Positions 49,592 through 60,284 of a stretch of DNA of 64,000 bases are shown in pieces (position 1 is the stretch's first letter; each line of letters begins with the position of its first letter). The notes beneath the pieces are model-generated. The model was not told the origin of the DNA. It ran no database searches and was given only the letters and a program-made list of their open reading frames with translations. The position numbers and the translations under genes were made by a program. Origin of the DNA: Gammaproteobacteria bacterium. Lineage in GTDB: Bacteria > Pseudomonadota > Gammaproteobacteria > JBCCGL01. Location of the stretch: contig OZ255836.1 of assembly GCA_965277715.1 (NCBI GenBank), positions 1,792,001 to 1,856,000 on the forward strand, read 5' to 3'.

Positions 49592-49776
49592 TGTGTTTTC
49601 TCTACCAGTACCGTTATTGGCCTGATTTACCGGGTTTCCTTTGCTCGCAATAGCGGGGGAATCCCTGTGGTTCATCAAAATCATAGTATAAAATTCCACA
49701 ATTGCAGTGGGTATTCGCTATATTTGTGACGGAAATGCAGTGATAATAGTCACTTAACAGAACACCCAGTCCACAT

Positions 49777-51924
49777 ATGATTCAAATAGCTCCCGGTTTA
49801 TCTTCGTATCCCAAATATTGGGCTGAGTGCTATGGCACTGCGCCTTTTTTACCGATGTCGCGTGCCGAGATGGATACACTTGGCTGGGACAGTTGCGACA
49901 TTATTATCGTCACCGGTGATGCCTATGTTGACCACCCCAGCTTTGGCATGGCAGTGATTGGCCGTTGTCTGGAGGCACAGGGGTTTCGCGTTGGCATCAT
50001 CGCGCAACCCGACTGGAACGACCCGGAGGCATTTCGCGTACTCGGTGCACCCAATTTATACTTTGGTATCACAGCGGGTAACATGGATTCGCTAATCAAC
50101 CGCTACACAGCCGATTTGCGCCTGCGTAGTGATGATGCCTATACCCCAGGCGATGTCGCTGGTAAGCGCCCGGATCGCGCTGTTATTGTCTATAGCCAGA
50201 AGTGTCGTGCCGCCTACAAAACGGTGCCGATTGTTATTGGTGGGATTGAGGCCAGCTTGCGCCGTATCGCACAATATGACTACTGGAGTGATAAGGTAAG
50301 ACGGTCAGTGCTGGTCGACTCGGCGGCCGATATCCTGCTGTATGGTAACGCCGAGCGGGCGATTGCGGACATTTCCTGGCAACTCGCCAATGGCCGCAGT
50401 GTTGATCAATTACAGGGGATTCGCGGTACCGTGCTGGTAAAAGATACACCACCGGCAGGCTGGACTGAGATTGACTCCACCCGCATCGACTGGCCCGGTA
50501 ATATCGATCATATTGCCAATCCTTATACGTATGATCATAACCAGGGCAGTGGTTGCAATAACACCGGCGCGGATGCCGCGCCTGATGTAAACCAAGCGCT
50601 AACTGACGCGGCACCGACCAGCCTGGCCACAGTCAAAGCGGTGCCGATACGCATTATCCCCGAGCCGTTAAAGGCGCGGCAAAAGCTCGACAATGCCCGC
50701 ACCTATATCCGCCTGCCCTCGTATGAAAAAGTCAGCAGAGATCCGGCGCTATATGCCCATGCCTCACGGGTGTTACATGTCGAATCCAACCCGCACAACG
50801 CACGCACCCTGGTTCAAAAACACGGTGACAAGGAGATATGGGTCAACCCACCTCCGATTCCACTGAGCACCCCGGAAATGGATGGCATTTTTGATCTGCC
50901 TTACCAGCGCAGACCCCACCCGGCATACGGTGAAGCAAAAATCCCGGCTTACGACATGATTCGGTTTTCAGTCAATATCATGCGCGGCTGTTTTGGTGGG
51001 TGCACTTTCTGTTCGATTACCGAGCACGAGGGGCGGGTTATCCAAAGCCGTTCACAGGCATCGGTGATCCGTGAAATCGAAGATATCCGCGATAAAGTCC
51101 CCGGTTTTACCGGCACCATCTCCGATCTCGGTGGGCCAACAGCGAATATGTACCACCTCAATTGCAAGAGTGAGGAAATTCAATCCAATTGCCGTCGACT
51201 GTCCTGCGTATACCCGACGATCTGTAAAAACCTGAAAACCGACCACACGCAAACTACTGAGCTATACCGCAAATCACGCAAAGTCGAGGGAGTGAAACGC
51301 GTGGCGATTGCATCGGGCCTGCGTTATGACCTGGCGATCGAAGACCCCGAATACGTCAAGGAGTTAGTCACCCACCACGTTGGCGGCTACTTGAAAATAG
51401 CCCCCGAGCACAGCGAGGAAAATACCCTGGCGAAGATGATGAAACCGGGCATGGGAACCTATTATAGATTCAAGAAAATGTTCGATAAATTTTCCAAACA
51501 GGCGGGTAAAAAACAATACCTGATTCCCTACTTTATTGCCGCCCACCCCGGTTGTGAAGACGAGGATATGCTCAACCTTGCGCTGTGGTTGAAGAAAAAT
51601 GACATGCGTGTCGATCAGGTACAAACGTTCTACCCCTCCCCCATGGCGCTGGCAACTGCCATGTACTATTCGGGGCGCGACCCGTTGAAGAAAGTGACGT
51701 ACAAATCAGCGAAGATGTTTATTGCAAAAGATATTACTCAGCGTCGCCTGCAGAAAGCACTTTTGCGCTACCACGATCAAAGCAACTGGCCTGCCCTGCG
51801 TGAAGCCCTGCATAAGATGCAGCGAACAGAGCTGATCGGTGACGGTGATCATCAATTGATCCCTGCCGCCCAACCTCTATTTTCCAGCGACCGTAAAACC
51901 AGAGGAAAGCGTGCGCGGCGATAG
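49777..51924 (+). CDS. ygiQ: YgiQ (UPF0313) family radical SAM protein
   Basis: [37 protein letters not shown] and [10 protein letters not shown]. Confidence 0.93.
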   Translation: MIQIAPGLSSYPKYWAECYGTAPFLPMSRAEMDTLGWDSCDIIIVTGDAYVDHPSFGMAVIGRCLEAQGFRVGIIAQPDWNDPEAFRVLGAPNLYFGITAGNMDSLINRYTADLRLRSDDAYTPGDVAGKRPDRAVIVYSQKCRAAYKTVPIVIGGIEASLRRIAQYDYWSDKVRRSVLVDSAADILLYGNAERAIADISWQLANGRSVDQLQGIRGTVLVKDTPPAGWTEIDSTRIDWPGNIDHIANPYTYDHNQGSGCNNTGADAAPDVNQALTDAAPTSLATVKAVPIRIIPEPLKARQKLDNARTYIRLPSYEKVSRDPALYAHASRVLHVESNPHNARTLVQKHGDKEIWVNPPPIPLSTPEMDGIFDLPYQRRPHPAYGEAKIPAYDMIRFSVNIMRGCFGGCTFCSITEHEGRVIQSRSQASVIREIEDIRDKVPGFTGTISDLGGPTANMYHLNCKSEEIQSNCRRLSCVYPTICKNLKTDHTQTTELYRKSRKVEGVKRVAIASGLRYDLAIEDPEYVKELVTHHVGGYLKIAPEHSEENTLAKMMKPGMGTYYRFKKMFDKFSKQAGKKQYLIPYFIAAHPGCEDEDMLNLALWLKKNDMRVDQVQTFYPSPMALATAMYYSGRDPLKKVTYKSAKMFIAKDITQRRLQKALLRYHDQSNWPALREALHKMQRTELIGDGDHQLIPAAQPLFSSDRKTRGKRARR

Positions 51925-52119
51925 TGTGTCAAAGAAATTACATGCTTCAGTGGTTGTGTGATGGTTTAGGTTTTGTTTGTGGCAAAATACTGCCATAAAA
52001 AAACAATACCTGCTTACCGCCACTTTGCCCGTTTGTGAACGAGTAGGGGTTTACAAACGATTGAAAACTATAACCGCCTATTTATGGGGTTTTCTAATGC
52101 CCACTGTAATCCCTGTACC

Positions 52120-52449
52120 TGTGGATAAACTGTCTGTCAAGCCATCGTTACGACGATATAGAGGGTGTACCACGCTGTTCTTATGCACACGCGGCTCGCG
52201 TGTATAAAAAAAACCCTGTTTTTTTTGATAAAGGGTATTGACAAAATTATTAAAAACTTAACCTATTGATAATATTGAAATTAATAGTTTTGTTCAAAAA
52301 ATGACCAGTCTAAAGGTAACCCCCACTCGACGGGGCTTAGAGGCGACTTTCTCCGGCTACCCACAGAGTTATCCACAATAATTGTGGATAATCATTTTTT
52401 TCGCTCAACAGACCAATTAGTACCATTTTCCCGAATAGGCTCATTCACA
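52120..52449. promoter_or_regulatory. DnaA-box cluster with an IHF site upstream of priA
   Basis: Perfect boxes TGTGGATAA 52120, TTATCCACA 52369 and TGTGGATAA 52383; degenerate CTACCCACA 52357 and TCATTCACA 52441; IHF consensus TAACCTATTGATA 52259-52271. Confidence 0.75.
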
Positions 52450-52506
52450 GGTTTTAACTGGCAGTTGCCTTCGAACAGCGGCGCTATGCCGTGATAAAGT
52501 CACTGT

Positions 52507-54786
52507 ATGGATAACCCCATCCCCATTTTATGCATCGCTATACCGACGCCACTGTCGCGTAGCTTTGATTATCTGCTCAGTGCGCACGATTTTGCCACGC
52601 GACAACCCGATGAGTTGGTGGGGTGTCGTGCTGAAGTTTCGTTTGGCCGTAGCCACTGTATTGGTGTGGTTCTTGGGTGGCGGGAAAAAAGTACGGTGCC
52701 GCCTGGCAAATTGAAAACGGTAAAACGCATACTCGATACAACGCCCGTATTATCGGCCAATGTGTTGCGCTTGATTCACTGGGCCAGCCAGTATTACCAC
52801 TATCCGATCGGTGAAGTGGTGGCGGTGGCACTGCCCAACGCGTTGCGAAGAAATAAACCCGCCAAGGAGAAGTCGGCCAAATCGATACCGGCCGCCTGGA
52901 AACTAAGCAAGGCAGGCCAGTCGCTGCCGATAGATACCCTGAATAGTGTGCTGGGTAATGCTCCCCTACAACAAAAAATATTCGAGGCATTGCGCCACAC
53001 CCCTTACACAGACCGCGCACACCTTGCCAGCCTGGGCAGTAGCTGGCGAAACAGTGTAAAACGCCTGTGCCAGGCGGGCTGGGTAGAGCCTTGCGAGGCT
53101 AGCGAAGAGGCGGTGCTTAATTCACCCGAAATAGTACCGGATCCAGGTGCTAATCATCGCGCCATACCCGTATTGAATGAAGCGCAACAAACGGCGCTGA
53201 AACGCTTACAACAATCGGGCGATCACTACACACCTTACCTGCTGGATGGCGTGACCGGCAGCGGTAAAACAGAAATCTATCTGCGCTATAGCGCCCAGAA
53301 AATAACAGAGGGGCGGCAAGTCCTGGTCATCGTGCCGGAAATTGGCCTGACCCCGCAATTGGTGAGCCGCTTCAAATCGCGCTTTGGCAGTGCCGTCGTC
53401 GCATTACACTCGGGCTTGAACGACACCGAGCGGTTGCGCAACTGGCGATTGGCTGCCAATGGCGGGGCAGCGGTGGTAATCGGCACACGCTCAAGCGTCT
53501 TTGTTGCGTTTGATTCATTGGGCCTGATCATCATCGACGAAGAGCACGATGGGTCGCTGAAACAGCAGGATGGGTTTCGCTATCACGCCCGTGACCTGGC
53601 CTTGGTGCGGGCGCGTGATGAAGATATTCCAGTGATATTGGGCAGTGCTACACCATCATTGGAAACCCTGCACAATGCACAGACGGGAAAATACCAACAC
53701 CTGCTGTTAACACAGCGTGCCGGTAAGGCCAGTGCGCCCACCATCAGCCTGCTAGATGTGCGCCGCGCACCGCTGAATGAGGGTTTATCTGCGCCATTGA
53801 TCAAACAGATGCAAGTGCACCTCGACCGTGGCAACCAGGTGATGCTGTTTTTAAACCGTCGCGGTTATGCCCCGGTGATGTTGTGTGATGATTGCAGCCG
53901 CACACTCGATTGCCTGCGTTGTGATGCCCACATGACCGTGCACATTGGCAATAAACGTCTGCGTTGCCATCACTGCGGTGCCGAGCGACCGGTGCCATCC
54001 GTATGCGGTCATTGTGGGGCGCGTGCACTGGTAATGGCAGGGCAAGGCACCGAACGGGTCGATTACGCTTTGCGCGCTGTGTTTCCCCATCGATCGATTG
54101 TGCGTATTGATCGCGATACCACACGCCGCAAGGGTGCCCTGCAAAACCATCTGGACATGGTGAACAGCGGTGAGGCAAATATTCTTATCGGCACCCAAAT
54201 GCTGGCCAAGGGTCACCATTTTCCCGGTGTGACAATGGTGGCAATGCTGGATGTTGACCGTGGCTTTTTTGGGGTGGATTTTCGCGCTGCCGAGCAAATG
54301 GCACAAACCATTGTGCAGGTGGCGGGCCGTGCCGGACGGGTGGCACAGGCAGGTGAGGTGCTGATACAGACCAGCAAGCCAGATAACCCGTTATTTCAAA
54401 CCCTTATTCATCAGGGTTACACCGCCTTTGCCAAAACCTTGCTAACAGAGCGGCAGGTAGTCGGTTTACCTCCCTACCAGTGCCTCGCTTTATTGCGCGC
54501 TGAAGCCTCGGCTGAAAGCAGTGCACTGCACTTTCTGCGCACAATGAAGCAGTGGATCGCGCAACATGATCACCCACAAAGACAGGTGCCAGTGCAGGTG
54601 CTGGGTCCTGCGGCTGCCCCCATCGAACGGGTTGCCGGTCGCTACCGTGCACAATTGTTACTGTCCTCCCCGTCGCGCAAGTCACTGCACAACCTGCTGG
54701 CCGTGTTGCGACCGGCACTGGAGACCCTGCCAGAAAGCCGCAAGGTGCGTTGGTCACTGGATATTGATCCAATCGATTTGATGTGA
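52507..54786 (+). CDS. priA: Primosomal protein N' (replication restart helicase)
   Basis: GVTGSGKTE, VPEIGLTPQ, DEEHD, LNRRGY, four CxxC pairs, QVAGRAGR and DIDP. Confidence 0.97.
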   Translation: MDNPIPILCIAIPTPLSRSFDYLLSAHDFATRQPDELVGCRAEVSFGRSHCIGVVLGWREKSTVPPGKLKTVKRILDTTPVLSANVLRLIHWASQYYHYPIGEVVAVALPNALRRNKPAKEKSAKSIPAAWKLSKAGQSLPIDTLNSVLGNAPLQQKIFEALRHTPYTDRAHLASLGSSWRNSVKRLCQAGWVEPCEASEEAVLNSPEIVPDPGANHRAIPVLNEAQQTALKRLQQSGDHYTPYLLDGVTGSGKTEIYLRYSAQKITEGRQVLVIVPEIGLTPQLVSRFKSRFGSAVVALHSGLNDTERLRNWRLAANGGAAVVIGTRSSVFVAFDSLGLIIIDEEHDGSLKQQDGFRYHARDLALVRARDEDIPVILGSATPSLETLHNAQTGKYQHLLLTQRAGKASAPTISLLDVRRAPLNEGLSAPLIKQMQVHLDRGNQVMLFLNRRGYAPVMLCDDCSRTLDCLRCDAHMTVHIGNKRLRCHHCGAERPVPSVCGHCGARALVMAGQGTERVDYALRAVFPHRSIVRIDRDTTRRKGALQNHLDMVNSGEANILIGTQMLAKGHHFPGVTMVAMLDVDRGFFGVDFRAAEQMAQTIVQVAGRAGRVAQAGEVLIQTSKPDNPLFQTLIHQGYTAFAKTLLTERQVVGLPPYQCLALLRAEASAESSALHFLRTMKQWIAQHDHPQRQVPVQVLGPAAAPIERVAGRYRAQLLLSSPSRKSLHNLLAVLRPALETLPESRKVRWSLDIDPIDLM

Positions 54787-54927
54787 AAATGACGATAAAC
54801 AATATGGTAAAATTCCGCGCTTTTTAGTGGCACTTGTGACGAAAGTGGCGGAAAGCTACTGCACCCGCAACGTTTTTCGACACCCTCTTAACACTATTGA
54901 GGGCCACACTGTACTGGAATCCTTAAC

Positions 54928-56700
54928 GTGAAATCCCGACTGGAATCGCTGATTAACACCGCTGTGCAAACACTGATTGCCGACGGTACTTTGCCGGGCG
55001 ATGTATCGCCAAATATCCAGATTACGCGCAGCAAAGGCCTGGAACACGGTGACTTTGCCAGCAATATCGCCCTGATACTCGCCAAGCCAGCTAAAACAAG
55101 CCCACGTATACTCGCCGAAAAACTGGTTGACGCAATAACCACTGCCCCGGCTGCCGACAGTGACATTTCCAAAGTGGAAATCGCAGGCCCGGGGTTTATC
55201 AATTTTTTTGTAGTCACTGACAGCGCCGCTTCAGTCGTCGGTGATATTCTCACTGCCGGTGAACACTACGGCCGCAGTGCGTTGGGCCAGGGTCGCAGCA
55301 TACAAGTGGAGTTCGTCTCGGCTAACCCGACCGGGCCACTGCACGTCGGTCACGGTCGCGGCGCGGCCTATGGTGCAACCCTGGCCAACTTACTGGAGGC
55401 AGTCGGTTATCAGGTACACCGAGAATACTACGTCAACGACGCAGGTCGGCAAATGGATATTCTTGCCACCTCCGTATGGCTGCGCTACCTGCAAACCCTG
55501 GGGGAGCCGCTCAACTTTCCGGTAAATGGTTACAAGGGTGACTACATCTACGACATCGCCAAACAGATTCAGGCCGATGAAGGTGAACGCCTGCGTTACA
55601 GCGTGGCCGCCGTATATGCCGATACCCCGCCCGATGAAAACGACGGTGGTAATAAAGAAACACATATCGATGCACTGATCGCCCGTGCCAAAGCACTATT
55701 AGGTGATGCCGGTTACCGACGCGTGTTTGACTGCGCACTGCACGCCATCCTCGACGACATACGCGATGACCTCGAACAGTTTGGTGCAAAAATCGACCGC
55801 TTCTTTAGCGAGCGCAGCATGGTGGATAGTGGCGAAGTGGAACACGCGCTTAACACCCTAAACGATGCGGGTTACCTCTATGAAAAAGACCAGGCACTGT
55901 GGTTCCGCTCCAGTGATTTTGGCGATGAGAAAGACCGTGTAGTCAAGCGCAACAATGGGCAAACCACCTACTTCAGTTCAGACATTGCCTATGTACTGAA
56001 TAAACTCAAGCGCGGCTTTGAAACCGCCATTTACGTATGGGGCGCTGACCACCACGGTTACGTAGCACGCCTCAAAGCCGTTGTCAGTGCACTGGGCGAA
56101 CAGCCTGAGCGCGTTGAAATTCCACTGGTACAGTTTGCGGTGTTGTATAAAAACCAGCAAAAAATACAAATGTCGACCCGCTCAGGTAAATTCGTCACCC
56201 TGCGGCAACTTTGTGAGGATGTGGGGTCTGACGCGGCCCGCTTTTTCTACGTCATGCGTCGCTGCGAACAGCATCTGGATTTTGACCTTGATCTGGCTGT
56301 GTCCAAATCCAATGAAAACCCCATGTACTACATTCAATACGCTCATGCGCGCATTTGCAGCGTACTGCGACAGCTCGCGCAAAAGGGGTGGTCACTGGAC
56401 AACGACAACGGCTTGGTACAGCAACCCTTGCTACAGAGTGAACAAGCGCAAAAAATCATACTTGGCTTACAGCGGTTTCCCGAAGTAGTGGAAAAAGCCG
56501 CGATGCAGCGTGAACCCCACCAGGTGACTAACTACCTGCGTGAAATAGCCACGGCATTTCACGCCTGGTATAACGCTGAACAATTTATTATCGAGGACAA
56601 AGACTTACGTGATGCCTGTTTGGTGCGCTGTCTGGCCGTGCGTCAGGTTATTGCCAATGGCCTCGGCATGATCGGTGTTTCCGCGCCAGAGTTCATGTAA
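54928..56700 (+). CDS. argS: Arginine--tRNA ligase
   Basis: HGDFASN, SANPTGPLHVGHGR, WGADHHGY, MSTRSG and YIQYAHAR. Confidence 0.97.
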   Translation: MKSRLESLINTAVQTLIADGTLPGDVSPNIQITRSKGLEHGDFASNIALILAKPAKTSPRILAEKLVDAITTAPAADSDISKVEIAGPGFINFFVVTDSAASVVGDILTAGEHYGRSALGQGRSIQVEFVSANPTGPLHVGHGRGAAYGATLANLLEAVGYQVHREYYVNDAGRQMDILATSVWLRYLQTLGEPLNFPVNGYKGDYIYDIAKQIQADEGERLRYSVAAVYADTPPDENDGGNKETHIDALIARAKALLGDAGYRRVFDCALHAILDDIRDDLEQFGAKIDRFFSERSMVDSGEVEHALNTLNDAGYLYEKDQALWFRSSDFGDEKDRVVKRNNGQTTYFSSDIAYVLNKLKRGFETAIYVWGADHHGYVARLKAVVSALGEQPERVEIPLVQFAVLYKNQQKIQMSTRSGKFVTLRQLCEDVGSDAARFFYVMRRCEQHLDFDLDLAVSKSNENPMYYIQYAHARICSVLRQLAQKGWSLDNDNGLVQQPLLQSEQAQKIILGLQRFPEVVEKAAMQREPHQVTNYLREIATAFHAWYNAEQFIIEDKDLRDACLVRCLAVRQVIANGLGMIGVSAPEFM

Positions 56701-57299
56701 TGGCTGCCCGTCAAACTACACGTAGAAATACACGTAGAAATACACCGAAACAAAATACCGGGGCGTCTTCGTGGATGATGTTACTGGTGGGTGTCGGCCT
56801 GGGCCTGCTTATTGCGTGGTTGATCTATGCTTCTGTGCACGGTAATACAACCAAGCAAAAGACCCAGAAAAAACCTGTGGCCAGCGAGGAAAAACAACCC
56901 CCAGAGAATGCCCTACCACAATTCGACTTCTACAGCATTTTGCCTGAGCTGGAAGTGGTGATTCCCGAGCAGTTTACCGATAGCCTGCGTGAAGCATTGC
57001 CGAATCGTGGTGAAAATAAAACGGCACAGACCACAGCTAACGCTGCACAACCCGTTGAAAAACCGAGCAATACCTATTTTATACAAGCGGGATCATTTAA
57101 AAGCCCGCAGGATGCAGAGCGAATGAAAGTCAATCTTTTGTTACTGGGTATGGATGTCTATATTAACCCTGTCAGCGTTGAGGGTGTGAAGTACCACCGC
57201 GTGCGCATTGGGCCGTTGAAAGACTACGCTACGTTTGAGCAAGCGCGCAATCGTTTGAAAGAAAACAATATCCAGTATATGGTTTTGAAGGCGCGTTAA
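56700..57299 (+). CDS. SPOR-domain cell division protein (FtsN-like)
   Basis: N-terminal TM, FDFYSILP, QAGSF..DA and HRVRIGP; follows argS. Confidence 0.88.
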   Translation: MAARQTTRRNTRRNTPKQNTGASSWMMLLVGVGLGLLIAWLIYASVHGNTTKQKTQKKPVASEEKQPPENALPQFDFYSILPELEVVIPEQFTDSLREALPNRGENKTAQTTANAAQPVEKPSNTYFIQAGSFKSPQDAERMKVNLLLLGMDVYINPVSVEGVKYHRVRIGPLKDYATFEQARNRLKENNIQYMVLKAR

Positions 57300-57413
57300 T
57301 TTTACCTGTTTATTACACGCTCTTTTTTTAAAAGCAGCGTGAAATTAGCCTTAACGCTTGTGTAAAGCACGCATAGAAAAGAACGTTCCATACGTTCTTT
57401 TTTTTCCTCAATA

Positions 57414-57836
57414 GTGTGCAAAAAATGGCTCAAATCGGTGCTTCCCCCGCTACGGGCGCCTAAACTTTGCGCCTGGAAAACAGGGCTACCTAAAGCACTG
57501 GAACAACGACTACGCGAACTGGTAAACAACTCACAAACAGGTCAGCTCTTCGATCTAAGCCCCTACAATCACCGATATAAAACAAATACGATGGACGAGG
57601 GAAAAGTTACAAGCTTATTCAGACGATTCAAACGACGAGACCTGAATATATCCCCTCATCGGCTACGCCACTCATTTGCAACCAATTTTGCAAAAAATGG
57701 ACACATAAGACTACTGCAACATGCATTAGGGCATACCAGCTTGAAGACGACAATGATCTATATAACGCCAGATATAAGCGATCTAACTGCGCATATGGAT
57801 CAGCTTGAAGTGCCGTTTTTGTTGAAAAAAGTTTGA
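57414..57836 (+). pseudogene. Tyrosine recombinase/integrase C-terminal remnant
   Basis: SPHRLRHSFAT...LGH.S..TT.IY (H-x-x-R, H, Y); the N-terminal domains and first catalytic Arg are missing. Confidence 0.8.
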
Positions 57837-57887
57837 TAAATCAGATAAATTTATCTATCCTGAAGATGGATAGTAGAGAATCCCATA

Positions 57888-57923
57888 TAAAACTAAGGCC
57901 CGCATTCGCGGTGCAGGCCTTAG
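57888..57923 (-). terminator. Rho-independent terminator-like hairpin downstream of the tRNA operon
   Basis: Minus strand CTAAGGCCTGCA-CCGCGAA-TGCGGGCCTTAG followed by TTTT. Confidence 0.55.
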
Positions 57924-58017
57924 AAAGAGGGGACTTACCTTCCTCACAACATTAATGAGACTTGATCGAAATTCGACCAAACTATATGCTTATAATCCAT
58001 TGATTTATAAGCAAAAA

Positions 58018-58093
<76 letters not shown>

Positions 58094-58127
58094 TTTGTAC
58101 TATGCAATAGCATCCGCTGCAATAAAG

Positions 58128-58204
58128 TGGGGTGGACGATGGGGCTCGAACCCACGACCACTGGAATCACAATCCAGGGCTCTACCAACTGAGCTACGCC
58201 CACC
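58128..58204 (-). tRNA. tRNA-His (GTG), with encoded G-1
   Basis: GGTGGGCGTAGCTCAGTTGG...CTGGATT-GTG-ATTCCAG...GTTCGAGCCCC...CACCCCA. Confidence 0.96.
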
Positions 58205-58351
58205 ACTGATATAAGAAATGATTTACCTGTAAGCAGATACATTTAAATCGGTTCTACGCAACACGCCGATCAAAACTGTTTCCAACGAATTATCGAACCG
58301 ACAGACCGAACCAAGATCACCAGCCCTACCACCTTAAAGCCAACGGTAAGA

Positions 58352-58428
58352 TGGCGCGCCCGGCAGGATTCGAACCTGCTACCCTCGGCTTAGAAGGCCG
58401 ATGCTCTATCCAAATGAGCTACGAGCGC
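58352..58428 (-). tRNA. tRNA-Arg (TCT)
   Basis: GCGCTCGTAGCTCATTTGGATAGAGCATCGGCCT-TCT-AAGCCGA...GGTTCGAATCC...GCGCGCCA. Confidence 0.96.
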
Positions 58429-58467
58429 AGTCGTTTTGTATAAATACCTATTTCAATAAACGTAAGG

Positions 58468-58544
58468 TGGTCGGGGCAGAGAGATTCGAACTCCCGACCC
58501 TCTGCTCCCAAAGCAGATGCGCTACCAGGCTGCGCTATGCCCCG
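58468..58544 (-). tRNA. tRNA-Pro (TGG)
   Basis: CGGGGCATAGCGCAGCCTGGTAGCGCATCTGCTT-TGG-GAGCAGA...GTTCGAATC...CCCCGACCA. Confidence 0.96.
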
Positions 58545-58593
58545 ATCTACTATTGTCTTTATATAGAATTTAACCTGCTATACAGGGGACGCG

Positions 58594-58622
58594 AGTTTAC
58601 GCCGGGGGTACACCAACGTCAA
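58594..58622 (-). promoter_or_regulatory. Sigma70 promoter of the tRNA operon
   Basis: TTGACG-17 nt-TAAACT followed by a GC-rich discriminator CGCGTCCCC. Confidence 0.75.
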
Positions 58623-58703
58623 TCAAAAAAACCCGATAATATTTAGCAAAACACTGCCCCAATCACCCCCCTATAGAGAGAGCGGAGACGGGCAGCCCTC
58701 TGG

Positions 58704-60116
58704 TCAAATCACCCGCGCAGTCTCCGCCGCCGCTTTAACCGAGCGAGAGGTACTGACGACCTGAGATTCCTGATAGGCCTCGTGGTTTTTCTCAATATTC
58801 TCCAGCCTATAGAGATAATTCACCATCAAACCGTGGGCATCGCGCAGGCCTTTTTCTGATATATCACCCAGCCAGTTGATACGCTCAATTAACGCACCGT
58901 TGGCCAAATGAAAATTGGCCACCGGGTCAATTACCCGGTCACGGTGTTTTTCATTAACCAGATAATGGGCGCAGAGGCGCGTCATGGGTGCCTCCAGAGC
59001 ATCACACAGCGCCGTGTCCTGGTGCCAGTTACCGGTGCTGAGCAGATCCGATAAAGAGGTTTCTGCCAGATACTGTTGCAATGCCTTCTTTTCCACATCA
59101 AGCAGCAATGATTCACCGTTTTCACTCAACTGTAACTGCAGCCAACGGGCAAAACCTGGGATGGGTGACAGTGTGGAGAATGTATCCAGATGTGGCAGTT
59201 TGCGCAGTAGCTGGTCGACCACGCGTTTAATTAAGAAATTACCCAGGCTAACCCGCTGCAAGCCCGTTTGCGTATTCGATATAGAATAAAAAATGGCCGT
59301 CGAAACACTATTGGGATCGCGACGCTCCGCCGCTATATCGAGCAGTTCGGTGACGTTATCTGACAAACTGGGCACCAGTGCAACCCAGACAAAAATCAAC
59401 GGCTCATCCGGCATGCGCGGATGAAAAAAGGCAAAACAGCGCCGGTCGTCCTGCAGGCGGTTTTTTAAGTCTCGCCACGAATCAATTTTGTGCACCGCCT
59501 CGTAGTGGATCAACTTTTCCAACAACGCCGCAGGCGCATCCCAGGTAATGCGTCGCAGCTCCAGAAAACCAATATCAAACCATACCGACAGGCGTTCACG
59601 CAGCACTTCATCCATCATCTCCAGGTGTACATCACCGCGTTTGCAGGCCAGCAGATCGGCACGCAAGTCGACTAAAAACTTTACCCCTTGCGGCAGTGCA
59701 TTAAACTGCGTCAATAACGTGAGATACGGTGGTGACAACTGGTTGCGCAGAGACTGCTCCAGTGCCAGTTTTTCTATCAGTGAACACTCCGAGCACAAAC
59801 CATCAGACAAACCTTTAATCGCACTGTGATCGACGCCAAAATTATGCGCCAATACCTGCAAAAACTGCTGCTTTCCCTCATCGCTCAAACCCAGATACAC
59901 CTCCCCCAATGCAGCCGCCCGGCTGCGCGCAGAGACTTCACCGCCCCGTCCCTCTAAGCATTCGCGAATTTTCTTCAATAGCAAACCATGTTCAGATGCA
60001 GGTAAGTGCTGACTAAAGGTCAACGCCTCACTGTCACGGCGCATAGAGGCGATTCCCCTCCATGCGGTGCGAATATTGGAAAGTGTCCGATCAAACAGCG
60101 TGTTATTGGTACTCAT
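58704..60116 (-). CDS. Malonyl-CoA decarboxylase
   Basis: GVKFLVDLRA, YEAVH, DRRCFAFFHP.MP.EPLIF, FYSISN, FSTLSPIPGF and DPVANFHL.NGA. Confidence 0.95.
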   Translation of the reverse strand: MSTNNTLFDRTLSNIRTAWRGIASMRRDSEALTFSQHLPASEHGLLLKKIRECLEGRGGEVSARSRAAALGEVYLGLSDEGKQQFLQVLAHNFGVDHSAIKGLSDGLCSECSLIEKLALEQSLRNQLSPPYLTLLTQFNALPQGVKFLVDLRADLLACKRGDVHLEMMDEVLRERLSVWFDIGFLELRRITWDAPAALLEKLIHYEAVHKIDSWRDLKNRLQDDRRCFAFFHPRMPDEPLIFVWVALVPSLSDNVTELLDIAAERRDPNSVSTAIFYSISNTQTGLQRVSLGNFLIKRVVDQLLRKLPHLDTFSTLSPIPGFARWLQLQLSENGESLLLDVEKKALQQYLAETSLSDLLSTGNWHQDTALCDALEAPMTRLCAHYLVNEKHRDRVIDPVANFHLANGALIERINWLGDISEKGLRDAHGLMVNYLYRLENIEKNHEAYQESQVVSTSRSVKAAAETARVI

Positions 60117-60284
60117 AATATTTATTTACCAGATGATATTGATTAGTCCAACAAGCCTTGAGTGCAACCCACCCATCGCTTCTGACCACTTTTAAATACA
60201 ATTAGCATCAAAAAACCGTGCCATATGCACAGATTTTTCTATAATGCCGCCGCCACAGTGAAATACTACCGAGGGGGTTTTAGC

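Noticed and set aside
47844-49625. 593-aa plus-strand ORF (and 45584-46498, 46671-47213) opposite the giant surface protein
   Set aside because: Antisense shadows of a Thr/Ser/Ala/Gly-rich gene; no recognisable motifs.
58401-58646. 81-aa plus-strand ORF
   Set aside because: It is antisense to tRNA-Arg and tRNA-Pro.
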